From NCBI GenBank assembly GCA_044239085.1, contig JBIICC010000001.1:1-62919 (forward strand): DNA of 62,919 bases, read 5' to 3'. Shown here one piece after another: positions 32,503-42,051 of this stretch (positions within the stretch are counted from its first letter, which is position 1; every line of letters starts with the position of its first letter). A program made the position numbers and the translations under genes. Origin of the DNA: Candidatus Planktophila sp. (GTDB lineage Bacteria > Actinomycetota > Actinomycetes > Nanopelagicales > Nanopelagicaceae). The notes below the pieces were generated by a model that saw only the letters and a list, made by a program, of their open reading frames with translations, searched no databases and was not told where the DNA came from.

Positions 32503-32874
32503 TTAGGAAGGAACTGCGCGTAGGTGCCCGCGGCGACCCACGCTCGAATGTGACTGAGGCGTCGAAGATGGGCTCTGATCAACGAGAGCACTCTGTGCGA
32601 CTTCTCGTACTGCATCTGCGATTGCCATCAAATCATCTTCACTTGGTCCTGATGAGTTTTCATCAACGCTCTGACGAATTACAGTCCAACCATTTGGAAC
32701 TGTAAGTCTCGTGGAATGTTTGTCACAGAGATCGTAAGCATGTGGTTCAGAAAAAGTTGCAAGCGGCCCAAGGACTGCTGTGGATTCAGAGTAAATATAG
32801 GTAAGCGTCATCGATGCTACTGAAGAGCAGCTCACGCGAGAGCATGTGCGGCCTGAACGAAGGTGCGAACTCAT
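32503..32874 (-). CDS. DUF3499 family protein
   Basis: CSR..C, TLTY.Y, LGPL..EPH.YDLC..H, RRGHLR. Confidence 0.9.
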   Translation of the reverse strand: MSSHLRSGRTCSRVSCSSVASMTLTYIYSESTAVLGPLATFSEPHAYDLCDKHSTRLTVPNGWTVIRQSVDENSSGPSEDDLMAIADAVREVAQSALVDQSPSSTPQSHSSVGRRGHLRAVPS

Positions 32875-32905
32875 GACAATAAGATTAGCTGTGTCGAGGA
32901 TAAAG

Positions 32906-34207
32906 TCAGGGATTTAACACACTTATATCTGAAGAAGGAATCGAAGATTTTGTGAGCACACTGCCCGGGAGTAAGGGTATATAACCAGATCCGCTCTTTG
33001 ATGCAATTAAAGCAGCACCAGATACGCCCTTAGAAATATTGGTCATACTGACAGCACGTGTCGACGCTGGAACTGAGTACGTTGCAATATCTTCTCCACG
33101 AATTTCAACCTCTTTTGACTTTCCACTGCTGGAGAGCAAATCTAAAGTCACTCTTATATCTTTACCTGAAAATACGAGATTTGGGGCTAGGCCATTTGTC
33201 GCGAGTGTGAACTCCTCCAAGTTGGGGACTGATGTACTCCAGATAAAGTCACTCTTTCCCTGAGTTTGTACCTGAGAAAAAACAGATCCAAGAATTGGCT
33301 GATCCGAATCAATGTGGAGAGAGAAAATTCCAGCAGCCATCTTTATCTTCATGGGTATCTCAATGACCTTTTGATGAGGTATAACTCTTCCATTGATGCC
33401 AAGTGGTGAGAAGGTTCCATCCGTGGATCGAATTTCTGCACTGATGCGAGCATCAATCCCCCCGGGCACATAGAGCCTTAGCGTGTGAGGGGTTGCCACA
33501 TTTCGATTAACTTGCTGAGGAATTGCTGGAATCTGGAGAGACTTTTCAGGGTTGCCAGTTGAATTAACAAGATCTCCGCCGAGTGTTCTAAGGCCTCGGC
33601 CTCGCTCATCTACCACAAACCCATTTACGCGACCTGATTTCGGTTTGATATGGATTGTAATTCTCTTTGAACCTGGGGCTAGAGAAACAAGCGGAAGATT
33701 AAGGTAAGAATTTGCGCCGACAACTACATCTCGAGGAGTAATGGGACCGGTTTCTGTAAAGAGATTTACAGTTACTACCGCTTTTCCGAGACCGCTATTG
33801 ACCAAATTGAGTGAACCTTTTGAGGTGATATCGGCTGTTGCTCCAACAAACCATTGCGACGTGATTGGACCCGTACATAACGATGCGCCAGCCCAAACAC
33901 CCTTACGTGTTTGCCACACAGCAGGTGTAATTTCCTCGCTATCAATAATCGCAGATTGTGAAGAGATTGCATAACGACTAGTCCCTGAAGGTTTTGTCTT
34001 CATTGACTTTGTCCCAGTTTTACGAATATCAGCACCGCCTGTTGAAAGCGAGATAGCTGTTGACAATCCAGAGAGATTTGGAGGGCAGACCACAGATGGA
34101 TATGCCTCATTAAATTTACTTGTGGAAACAGTTACATTGAGAAGATTGCTCACCGCTAGCGTGGCAACGGTTGCAAGTGCTAGAAAGAAGACGCGTTCGG
34201 TTCTCAT
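32906..34207 (-). CDS. Exported protein (DUF5719-like)
   Basis: N-terminal hydrophobic segment, C...SQWFVG motif; ATGA-coupled to the GT2 gene. Confidence 0.7.
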   Translation of the reverse strand: MRTERVFFLALATVATLAVSNLLNVTVSTSKFNEAYPSVVCPPNLSGLSTAISLSTGGADIRKTGTKSMKTKPSGTSRYAISSQSAIIDSEEITPAVWQTRKGVWAGASLCTGPITSQWFVGATADITSKGSLNLVNSGLGKAVVTVNLFTETGPITPRDVVVGANSYLNLPLVSLAPGSKRITIHIKPKSGRVNGFVVDERGRGLRTLGGDLVNSTGNPEKSLQIPAIPQQVNRNVATPHTLRLYVPGGIDARISAEIRSTDGTFSPLGINGRVIPHQKVIEIPMKIKMAAGIFSLHIDSDQPILGSVFSQVQTQGKSDFIWSTSVPNLEEFTLATNGLAPNLVFSGKDIRVTLDLLSSSGKSKEVEIRGEDIATYSVPASTRAVSMTNISKGVSGAALIASKSGSGYIPLLPGSVLTKSSIPSSDISVLNP

Positions 34208-37200
34208 GCAAGTACCTTCTCTGAAATCTCTCGTTTTCTGCGACCGCCAGGCAGCGCAAGTACGACTACTGTCACCAAAACAATGAGAAAGAAGGAGATC
34301 CATGCACGCCTGAGAGTGCCATCGTGGAATGCCGTGATTTCTCCAGCGTTGGTAACTTCAAATGTTGGGAGACCGTTTACATCTTGAATCCGCGCACTCT
34401 TAAAGCCATCTTGATAAATTCTCCAACCATTACTGAAAGTTTCAGTAATGGTGACAGTTCCAGGTTCAGGAACGTTTGCTTTGATTCCTTTGTCTTCCAA
34501 AATTGAAATTTCGCCAGAGTAATTTGTAAAGATGAGTTTGCCTGTCGGAGCAGTTACCTTCCATACAATTCCCGCTTTTGTTGCAGAGGTACGAGTAAAG
34601 CCTCCGAGGCCATCAATTGTCTGAACAACTTCTTCCACAATGGGTCTCTTTAGGAATACATATTTGATGCCATAAGTTGCAAAGACACCACTGGATGTCA
34701 CCCCTGTATTGTCGATGAGACCTTCAACTGCCCGTGAAATGATCTCAGAATTTTCTGGCGCGACATCAGCATCACCCAATGTGGCATCTGAGCCGCGAGA
34801 AATGAAGTACGAAAGTGAAGTTTGCTGGTTTGTTGTGACAGGACGAATGACGAGAGTCTTTCCACTTGTTTCAATTGAGAGATAAGAAGGAAGGACCTTC
34901 GTTGAACCGCTACGAAGAGGTGTATCAGAACCAGCGGTAATCAACCATGCAGTTGTGGTCACGCTATAGCTAAGAGTCAGAAGTAAAGCTGCCGCGACGG
35001 AGAGGTGGCGAAAGTTGAGGTGCGATTGTTGAAGTCGTGCACTGATCTTGTCGTACATAACAATGCCCGAGGTAATTGAGAAGAGAGTTGCAAGGGCTAG
35101 AAAGACACCTGGGAAAACTCGTGAGTTCAGCGTTGAGCCACTGCTAGGAACAACGAGTGCACTCGAGAATGTTGCTGCGAGAAGGAAGATGATTCCGGGC
35201 AAAGCGAATTTGCGTGCTGCTGTGCTTGAGAAGTATGAGAAGAAGAGAAATGCGGGAATCGGACTGATGCTCCACCATGGAAGTGAACCCGGTCCCCCAG
35301 GATTTGCAAGAAAGGCCAAGTTTGGCCCACCGCCTGGAATTGAAAGACCAATTTCCAGGAAGAGTCTGGTGGGGTGGCGAAGCAAACCAAAGGAGTTTGG
35401 CGCCGCGAGCAAGAAAGGAATAAGAAAGAGCGCAGAACGTTTAGATGCGCGTTGGATAAAGAGTGGATCTTTCCTGTTGTTCTGAGATTTTTTGTAATCA
35501 AGAAGTAGTAAGAGAGCCGTTGCCACTAAGAGGGGAAGAAGTATGGATGGATTAAATAGAAGGAGCAGACCGAGGAACAAGGCGTGGGAGAAGACTCCGC
35601 GCCATGCCCATTTCTCAATCTCAACCCAGTGCTGAAATTGCCGAATAAAAAATGGGAGAGCGATGAGAAGAATCAGCAAGCCAAGTCGTCCTGCATTGAT
35701 TGCCGCTACTGCAATCGGCGATAAGGCATAAAGAAGAGATGCTCCCGCAGAGAGCCAGCCATTTTCTGTATATTTCTTAAAGTATCGATGTGCAGAAACC
35801 AGTAAAAGAAATGGTGCGAAGAGAAAAATCAGAGAGATAAGTATCTGTGGATTTCCAAAGGTAATAGAGGATGCAATTCCAATCAAGAGCACCCAAGCAG
35901 GGGTCGATTGGCCGCTTCCCATACCTACTTCATGCCAACTTGAGATGTAGTGCTTAATCAACTCTCGAGCGCTGTCTGGTGATTGCGCGAGTGCGCCTCC
36001 AGATAAATCTCCCAATCGATGTCGACTCCAGCCAATTGAGATGATGACAAGTATTGATGCCGCGATAACCATTGGCCGATAGAAGATAGTTCTCCATGGC
36101 GCATGAGCAATAGGTGTCAATAAATCTTCATCTTCATCAATTGTGAGATCGCTCGTTACTGGTGAATCTTGATACTTCGCATCGGGAAGAATCTTTGAAC
36201 GCAGAAAATTTGCAGTTCGATTAATTGATGCTCGAAGTTGGGAAGTTCGCGAAGGAATAAATGTCTTCACTACTCGCGAAGATACAAGTCGATGCTTCTT
36301 TCTAACTTTTCTCGCTTCCAACAATTCGGCAGGGTGGATTATGAGAGTTGCAATTGCTAGAAGTTCATCGGATGCATAGCCGGGAAGCTTTGCAAAGAGA
36401 TAGCCGATAGACCTGAGAATTGCGCCCGAAAGAAGTTGAAGGCTGAGCCATGGCAGCGCAAAAAATGATGAGTTTGCAAGCAGTACATATGCTGCATTTC
36501 TTCTATCAAGTAAGAGCGGTCTATGTAGCAGCGCTCCTTCAACATCTACGCTTCGACGTTCATTGCTCGATGCTTGAGCGTGGTAACCAATTGCATCTGA
36601 GACAGCAATAACTGAATGCCCCGCAACTCGTGCGCGCCAACCAAAATCAATATCGTCTCTGAAAAGTTCAAGGTTGAGATCAAAGCCACCAAGTTCTTCA
36701 AAGATATCTCTGCGGATAAGAGCCCCTGCAGTACTTACAGCCAATACTTCATGAATTCCATCGTGCTGACCTTGATCATATTCAGCAGGTTCGAGACCGG
36801 TCCAGCGAGCGCCATTAGATGCGATGCTGATTCCTTGTTCGATGAGATGAGTACGGTCGTGCCAACCTAAGAGTTTTGGTCCCGCCATTACAACATTTGG
36901 GCGATCTTCAGTTGCAGCTAGGAGCGCTTGGAGTGCACCAGGATGTAAAACGCAATCATCGTGGAGAATCCAAATCCACTCTTGGCTATCTGCAATGTGT
37001 GATGGAAGCTGTGCAACACCGTGAGCAACTGCCGCACCAAAACCAACTTCTCGATCGAGAGTTGCAACGGGAATGCGAGCGCCCTTAAGTAATTTGGCAG
37101 ATGAATCAATGGATCCGGTATCGATTGCAACTATCTGATCTGCCTTACGAGCCTGCGATGCAATCGATGCGACAACTTCGGGAAGCCATGTCGCGCCATC

Positions 37201-37239
37201 GTGAACGACAAGAATTGCCGTAACGCGTTGAGAACTCAT
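34204..37239 (-). CDS. Large membrane-associated GT2 glycosyltransferase
   Basis: VVHDG, WILHDD, GPKL, FRDDIDFGWR, then many TM helices. Confidence 0.88.
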   Translation of the reverse strand: MSSQRVTAILVVHDGATWLPEVVASIASQARKADQIVAIDTGSIDSSAKLLKGARIPVATLDREVGFGAAVAHGVAQLPSHIADSQEWIWILHDDCVLHPGALQALLAATEDRPNVVMAGPKLLGWHDRTHLIEQGISIASNGARWTGLEPAEYDQGQHDGIHEVLAVSTAGALIRRDIFEELGGFDLNLELFRDDIDFGWRARVAGHSVIAVSDAIGYHAQASSNERRSVDVEGALLHRPLLLDRRNAAYVLLANSSFFALPWLSLQLLSGAILRSIGYLFAKLPGYASDELLAIATLIIHPAELLEARKVRKKHRLVSSRVVKTFIPSRTSQLRASINRTANFLRSKILPDAKYQDSPVTSDLTIDEDEDLLTPIAHAPWRTIFYRPMVIAASILVIISIGWSRHRLGDLSGGALAQSPDSARELIKHYISSWHEVGMGSGQSTPAWVLLIGIASSITFGNPQILISLIFLFAPFLLLVSAHRYFKKYTENGWLSAGASLLYALSPIAVAAINAGRLGLLILLIALPFFIRQFQHWVEIEKWAWRGVFSHALFLGLLLLFNPSILLPLLVATALLLLLDYKKSQNNRKDPLFIQRASKRSALFLIPFLLAAPNSFGLLRHPTRLFLEIGLSIPGGGPNLAFLANPGGPGSLPWWSISPIPAFLFFSYFSSTAARKFALPGIIFLLAATFSSALVVPSSGSTLNSRVFPGVFLALATLFSITSGIVMYDKISARLQQSHLNFRHLSVAAALLLTLSYSVTTTAWLITAGSDTPLRSGSTKVLPSYLSIETSGKTLVIRPVTTNQQTSLSYFISRGSDATLGDADVAPENSEIISRAVEGLIDNTGVTSSGVFATYGIKYVFLKRPIVEEVVQTIDGLGGFTRTSATKAGIVWKVTAPTGKLIFTNYSGEISILEDKGIKANVPEPGTVTITETFSNGWRIYQDGFKSARIQDVNGLPTFEVTNAGEITAFHDGTLRRAWISFFLIVLVTVVVLALPGGRRKREISEKVLA

Positions 37240-37297
37240 AGGTAGAACCTACCTAACTGAAATGGCTGAATTCGTTGACTGGTATCGGGTGCTGCGA

Positions 37298-37606
37298 TTA
37301 CGCAGGGCGACGCTTGAGACGGCGACGCTCACGTTCAGAGAGGCCACCCCAAATTCCAAAGCGCTCATCGTGAGCGAGGGCGTATTCGAGACACTCTTGG
37401 CGCACATCGCATGAGAGGCAGACGCGCTTAGCTTCGCGAGTTGATCCACCCTTCTCAGGGAAGAATGCTTCTGGGTCTGTCTGGGCGCATAGTGAGCGCT
37501 CCTGCCAGGAGAGTTCAAAGTTCTCTCCGTTAGCTAGTTGAATAGTTGGTCCAGCAGTGGGGGCTGATGGCTTGCCAGTCGAACTTCCTTCTGGGCGGAT
37601 TGGCAT
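37298..37606 (-). CDS. whiB2: WhiB2 (WhiB/WhmD) transcription factor
   Basis: LCAQTDPEAFFPEKGGSTREAK and ERFGIWGGLSERERR. Confidence 0.95.
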   Translation of the reverse strand: MPIRPEGSSTGKPSAPTAGPTIQLANGENFELSWQERSLCAQTDPEAFFPEKGGSTREAKRVCLSCDVRQECLEYALAHDERFGIWGGLSERERRRLKRRPA

Positions 37607-37670
37607 TCGCGAATCTCCTCAAGTCATTAGGGGCGGGATTCACTGTGAATCTCCTGCGCTCTAGGTATGA

Positions 37671-37699
37671 ATTACACTCGTGTAATCCCTCTGAGTCAA
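37671..37699 (-). promoter_or_regulatory. whiB2 promoter overlapped by a palindrome
   Basis: TTGACT-N17-TGTAAT on minus strand; ATTACAC-TC-GTGTAAT at 37671-37686. Confidence 0.65.
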
Positions 37700-37747
37700 C
37701 CCCAAGGTAGAGACTTTTCCAAGATTTATGGCGAAAAAGTGAATTTT

Positions 37748-38704
37748 TTAGAGAGAAATCGATAATTCGCCGCTTGGAGAAAGATATTTCTGCGATTTTT
37801 GCGAATCTGGAGCGATTGAAGTGCCATGTGTGACGAAGCATTGAGAGAGATGCGAACCAGCACCGACTACGACCTTATCGCCAATGATGCAGCCATCAAT
37901 GACCACCCCAGCTTCAATGATGCAGCCAGCGCCTATTGAGGAACCACCAGTTATCTGTGCGCCATCTGCAATCGTGGTGCCAGGTTGGGCAAAGAATGCG
38001 CCATCTACTAAATCTCGGGAGCCTTTAAAGAGAGCTGCGGGGGTTCCTACATCGAGCCAATATGACTGATCTTTATACCCAAAGATTGCGCGGCCACTTG
38101 TGACAAGCGCAGGAAAAGTTTCGCGCTCAATACTGACGACTTCACCGAGTGGAATTTCATCAATGACCGATGGAGAAAATACGTAACAACCGGCATTGAT
38201 CGAATTGGTAACTGGGTTATCCATCTTCTCTAAAAATGCGGTGACGCGACCTGAAGAATCTGTCGGTACGCATCCAAATGCGCGAGCATCTTCGACGTCG
38301 ATGAGATGCAGCGTGACATCGGCTTTCTTCTCTATATGGAAGTCGATTTGATCTGCGATGGAGTGACGACTTAAGACATCGCCATTGAAAATCACAATTG
38401 GCTCATCGCGGCCAAGTAGCTCTGCAGCATTACGAATTGCACCACCCGTGCCGAGCGGCTCTTTCTCTACTGCGTAGAGAATCTTGATTCCCCATTTGCT
38501 ACCGTCGCCAAAGTAGGGTGTAAAGACTTCAGCTAAATATGAGGTTGCTAAAACAATTGTGTGAACTCCCGCCTTCTTTGCGGCAAGAATCTGATGTTCT
38601 GTTACCGGAAGTCCGGCGACAGGAAGCATCGGTTTAGGTGAATCATTCGTAAGAGGCTTCAGCCGAGTACCAAATCCACCAACAAGGAGAATTCCAACAG
38701 CCAT
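37748..38704 (-). CDS. NDP-sugar pyrophosphorylase (mannose-1-phosphate guanylyltransferase-like)
   Basis: GGFGTRLKPLT..PKP, EPLGTGG, NGD, YWLDVGTP, hexapeptide tail. Confidence 0.9.
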   Translation of the reverse strand: MAVGILLVGGFGTRLKPLTNDSPKPMLPVAGLPVTEHQILAAKKAGVHTIVLATSYLAEVFTPYFGDGSKWGIKILYAVEKEPLGTGGAIRNAAELLGRDEPIVIFNGDVLSRHSIADQIDFHIEKKADVTLHLIDVEDARAFGCVPTDSSGRVTAFLEKMDNPVTNSINAGCYVFSPSVIDEIPLGEVVSIERETFPALVTSGRAIFGYKDQSYWLDVGTPAALFKGSRDLVDGAFFAQPGTTIADGAQITGGSSIGAGCIIEAGVVIDGCIIGDKVVVGAGSHLSQCFVTHGTSIAPDSQKSQKYLSPSGELSISL

Positions 38705-38706
38705 CG

Positions 38707-39783
38707 CTATAGACCCATCTTTGTAGTGATGCGATCTGCTGCTTCAAAAATCTGTTGATCTGTTGCTGTCATCGCAACGCGAATAAATTGGGCACCCTTT
38801 TCTCCGTAGAAGATTCCTGGCGTTGCAATAATGCCAATATCTGCAAGCCAGGAGATTGAATCCCAAGAACTCTCATTGCGCGTTGCCCAGATATAGAGCC
38901 CAGCCGCAGAGTCATGGATTTCAAATCCAGCCTTTGTTAGCGCAGCTTTAAGGATTGCGCGTCGAGAGTTGTAGCGAGTTCGTTGGACTTCCACATGAGA
39001 TGAATCAGAGAGAGCTGCGACCATAGCTTTCTGAACAGGAAGAGAGACCATCATTCCTGCATGTTTACGAACCTCTAATATCTTTGTAATCAAATCTGGA
39101 TCTCCGATGACGAAAGCTGCGCGATATCCAGCCATCGAAGATCTCTTCGAGAGTGAGAAGACGGCGAGAATATTTCTATTGTCACTATCTGTGTATCTCA
39201 AGATCGATGTTGGGGTTTGGCTATCTCCGAACTCGAGATAACACTCATCCGAAACCACTACAGCGCCTTCTCTTCGTGACCAATCTAAAGCTGCGCGATA
39301 TTCGGATTCAGAGTGCACGCGGCCAGTTGGATTCGAAGGCGAATTCACCCACGCCATATCTGCCGCCGGCCAGGTTGTTGCATCGATTGCAACAGGGATG
39401 GCCTCTGCTTGACCAAGTAAGGAACCAACTAAATAAGTTGGATAAGCAATTTCTGGATAGAGCACGCTCTTAGATTCAAGAAAGGATGGAAGCCAGGCGA
39501 CAAACTCTTTCGACCCAATAAGTGGAAGAACTCCAAAATTACCTGTGGCTCCTAAAGTTTTCTCTGCCCAACTTCTAATTGCACTTTGTAACTCTTGCGT
39601 TCCCACAGTGACTGGATAACTTGGAGAGTTGGATGCTCTGCGAAAAGCTTCTTGGATAAATTCTGGCGTCGGATCAACGGGGGTCCCAACAGAGAGATCT
39701 ATTGCGCCCTGAGGATATTTGCGTGCACGCTCTGCAAAAGGTGCGAGCGCATCCCACGGAAAATCAGGAAGTTTTTGGCGCAA
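38707..39783 (-). CDS. dapC: Succinyldiaminopimelate transaminase
   Basis: LPDFPWD, DLSVGTPVDP, SDECY, SLSKRS; follows ferredoxin. Confidence 0.92.
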   Translation of the reverse strand: MRQKLPDFPWDALAPFAERARKYPQGAIDLSVGTPVDPTPEFIQEAFRRASNSPSYPVTVGTQELQSAIRSWAEKTLGATGNFGVLPLIGSKEFVAWLPSFLESKSVLYPEIAYPTYLVGSLLGQAEAIPVAIDATTWPAADMAWVNSPSNPTGRVHSESEYRAALDWSRREGAVVVSDECYLEFGDSQTPTSILRYTDSDNRNILAVFSLSKRSSMAGYRAAFVIGDPDLITKILEVRKHAGMMVSLPVQKAMVAALSDSSHVEVQRTRYNSRRAILKAALTKAGFEIHDSAAGLYIWATRNESSWDSISWLADIGIIATPGIFYGEKGAQFIRVAMTATDQQIFEAADRITTKMGL

Positions 39784-40084
39784 GAGCAGTTACATCTGCA
39801 TGATCGGAATTTGTCTCTCCGACCTTTGATGCTCCCCCAGGTGAACCCAACTCAATAAAGAATTCTGTATTGATCTTCTTGTAGTTATCCCACTGCCCTG
39901 GAACATCATCTTCGTAATAGATGGCTTCAACTGGGCAGACTGGCTCGCAGGCGCCACAGTCGACGCACTCATCAGGTTGGATATAGAGCATGCGGGTACC
40001 GTCGTAGATGCAATCAACTGGACACTCTTCGCGACAGGACTTGTCCTTAACGTCAATGCAAGGTTCGGCGATTACATAGGTCAC
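39764..40084 (-). CDS. fdxA: 7Fe-type ferredoxin
   Basis: MTYVIAEPCIDVKD, CVDCGACEPVCP; AGGAGG SD upstream. Confidence 0.95.
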   Translation of the reverse strand: MTYVIAEPCIDVKDKSCREECPVDCIYDGTRMLYIQPDECVDCGACEPVCPVEAIYYEDDVPGQWDNYKKINTEFFIELGSPGGASKVGETNSDHADVTALAPKTS

Positions 40085-40164
40085 GGGAATTCCTCCTGAA
40101 GGCTCGAGCGGTAGGCGGTAATTCTAACCCTGCGAGAGGTTGATTGCACGATTACTGTTGGGTT

Positions 40165-41739
40165 ATGAGCGCTGAAGAGTTGCGGGCCGCGATTGGCAAG
40201 CGAGCCACGATTCGCCTTCATGATGTCGATGGCGGCTTCAGAGATATCGTCGGCGTTTTACAGAGTGAGACGAGCCTTATCAATCGGCGCGGTGAGTTAA
40301 TCGAATTTGAGCTCGAGAAGGTCGCTCTCTTCAGAGTTATTCCTGTCTTTAATCGACGCGATGCAAAGGCTGGCCAATTAAGTATTTATGACACTCTCTC
40401 CCGTGAAGTAAAGAGTGTGCAGAGCCGTGATGGCTTTATCTCTATCTATTGCTGCGGTCCTACCGTCTACAGGGATGCACATGTGGGAAATCTCAGAACT
40501 TTCCTGCTCTCTGACCTAATTGCCAGAACACTTACCTTGCAGGGCATCGAAGTTCAGTTAATTCAGAACATCACTGATGTTGGGCATATGGCTGATGATT
40601 TCGAAGAGCAGGACAAGATGCTGGCTGAATCCGAGAAAACTAAGGTTGATCCATTTGAAATAGCGCGGGAGTTTGAAGCACGATTCCATCGTGATCTCGC
40701 ACTGTTAAATATTAGGGCTGCCGATCGCTATCCACGTGCTTCAGAGAATATGGTCTCGATGCAGAAGGCAATAGCTGAGTTGATTGAGAAGAAATCGGCA
40801 TATGTCGGTAGCGATGGCTCTATCTACTTTGATGCGACATCCTTTGAAAGTTACGGGGCAATCAGTGGTAATCGTTTAGAGGCTCTCAAACCAGGTCACC
40901 GATATGAGTATAAAGATGAAGGTGGAAAGAGATTCCACGCAGATTGGGCACTCTGGAAATTAGCTGGCGCTAGAACTCAGATGATTTGGGAATCTCCATG
41001 GGGTGCAGGTTTCCCGGGTTGGCATATCGAATGCAGCGCGATGTCTATCGATTTTCTCGATGCAGCCGTTGATATCCACGTTGGTGGAATTGATTTGAGA
41101 TTTCCTCACCACGAAAATGAACGAGCACAATCAAATTCACTCACTGGGCACGAAGTGGTTGAAACTTGGGTACATGGAGAGCACCTTCTCTTTGAAGGTA
41201 GAAAGATGTCTAAGGGCGCTGGAAATGTTGTACTTCTTGGCGATCTCATTGAACGCGGACTTGATCCGCTCTCGCTTAGATTCGCACTTCTTGAGAATCG
41301 CTATCGTTCACAGATGGATCTCTCCTGGGCATCGCTTGAGGCTGCTCACTCCACACTTCGTCGTTGGAGAAAGTTGATGAGTGAGTGGGGAACTTCATCA
41401 GAGTTTAAGATCGATGAGGAAATTACCGATTCACTTTCAACTGATTTAGATACGCCTCGGGCGATGCAGCGACTTCGAGTGATTGAAAAGGATTCATCGA
41501 TTGGTAATCAAGATAAACGCGCAATCTACTTATATGCCGATCAAGTCTTGGGGCTGGCGCTAGATCGAACTCCTGAAGAGAAGCCACTCACCGATGAACT
41601 CGAGAAACTTTTACATGAACGAGAGATTGCCCGAAAAGAGAAGAACTGGGCTGCCAGCGATGCCCTACGTAACGAGTTAGAGGAAGCTGGGTTAGAGATT
41701 AATGACAGTGCAGCTGGACAGAGCTGGAGCTGGAAGTAA
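40165..41739 (+). CDS. cysS: Cysteine--tRNA ligase with an extra N-terminal domain
   Basis: CGPTVY..HVGN, GFPGWHIECS, FPHHENE, KMSK and C-terminal anticodon-binding helix; ~70 extra N-terminal residues. Confidence 0.9.
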   Translation: MSAEELRAAIGKRATIRLHDVDGGFRDIVGVLQSETSLINRRGELIEFELEKVALFRVIPVFNRRDAKAGQLSIYDTLSREVKSVQSRDGFISIYCCGPTVYRDAHVGNLRTFLLSDLIARTLTLQGIEVQLIQNITDVGHMADDFEEQDKMLAESEKTKVDPFEIAREFEARFHRDLALLNIRAADRYPRASENMVSMQKAIAELIEKKSAYVGSDGSIYFDATSFESYGAISGNRLEALKPGHRYEYKDEGGKRFHADWALWKLAGARTQMIWESPWGAGFPGWHIECSAMSIDFLDAAVDIHVGGIDLRFPHHENERAQSNSLTGHEVVETWVHGEHLLFEGRKMSKGAGNVVLLGDLIERGLDPLSLRFALLENRYRSQMDLSWASLEAAHSTLRRWRKLMSEWGTSSEFKIDEEITDSLSTDLDTPRAMQRLRVIEKDSSIGNQDKRAIYLYADQVLGLALDRTPEEKPLTDELEKLLHEREIARKEKNWAASDALRNELEEAGLEINDSAAGQSWSWK

Positions 41740-42051
41740 TCACACTCTCTTCAGTGCAGCAAGTAGCCCTACAAGAAAACCAATAAAGAGCAGTGCGCTC
41801 CCAGCGTTATCTCCTTGAACAAGTAACTCTTGGCCAGCCCCAAATGTTCCGGCGCGAATAATTACGAGAATCCATGCAGCGAGTGCAAGAAATTTATAGC
41901 GCTTCTTTCCGAGATATCTTCCAATCCACCAAATCGCGATGTAGGTCGATGTAATTGCAAGTATGACTCCAAATGGTGGGAGGGATTGGTGAATCAGTAT
42001 TGCAGCTATCGCTGCGGCAAATCCGAGTCCAATAGAGAGTAGAAAGTTCAT
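41740..42051 (-). CDS. Small membrane protein (DUF6113-like)
   Basis: Several hydrophobic segments; TAATG-coupled to mshB. Confidence 0.72.
   Translation of the reverse strand: MNFLLSIGLGFAAAIAAILIHQSLPPFGVILAITSTYIAIWWIGRYLGKKRYKFLALAAWILVIIRAGTFGAGQELLVQGDNAGSALLFIGFLVGLLAALKRV

Noticed and set aside
40165-41739. Calling this gene mshC because it is near mshB
   Set aside because: It has CGPTVY/HVGN and an anticodon-binding C-terminus; MshC has CGITPY/HLGH and lacks that domain
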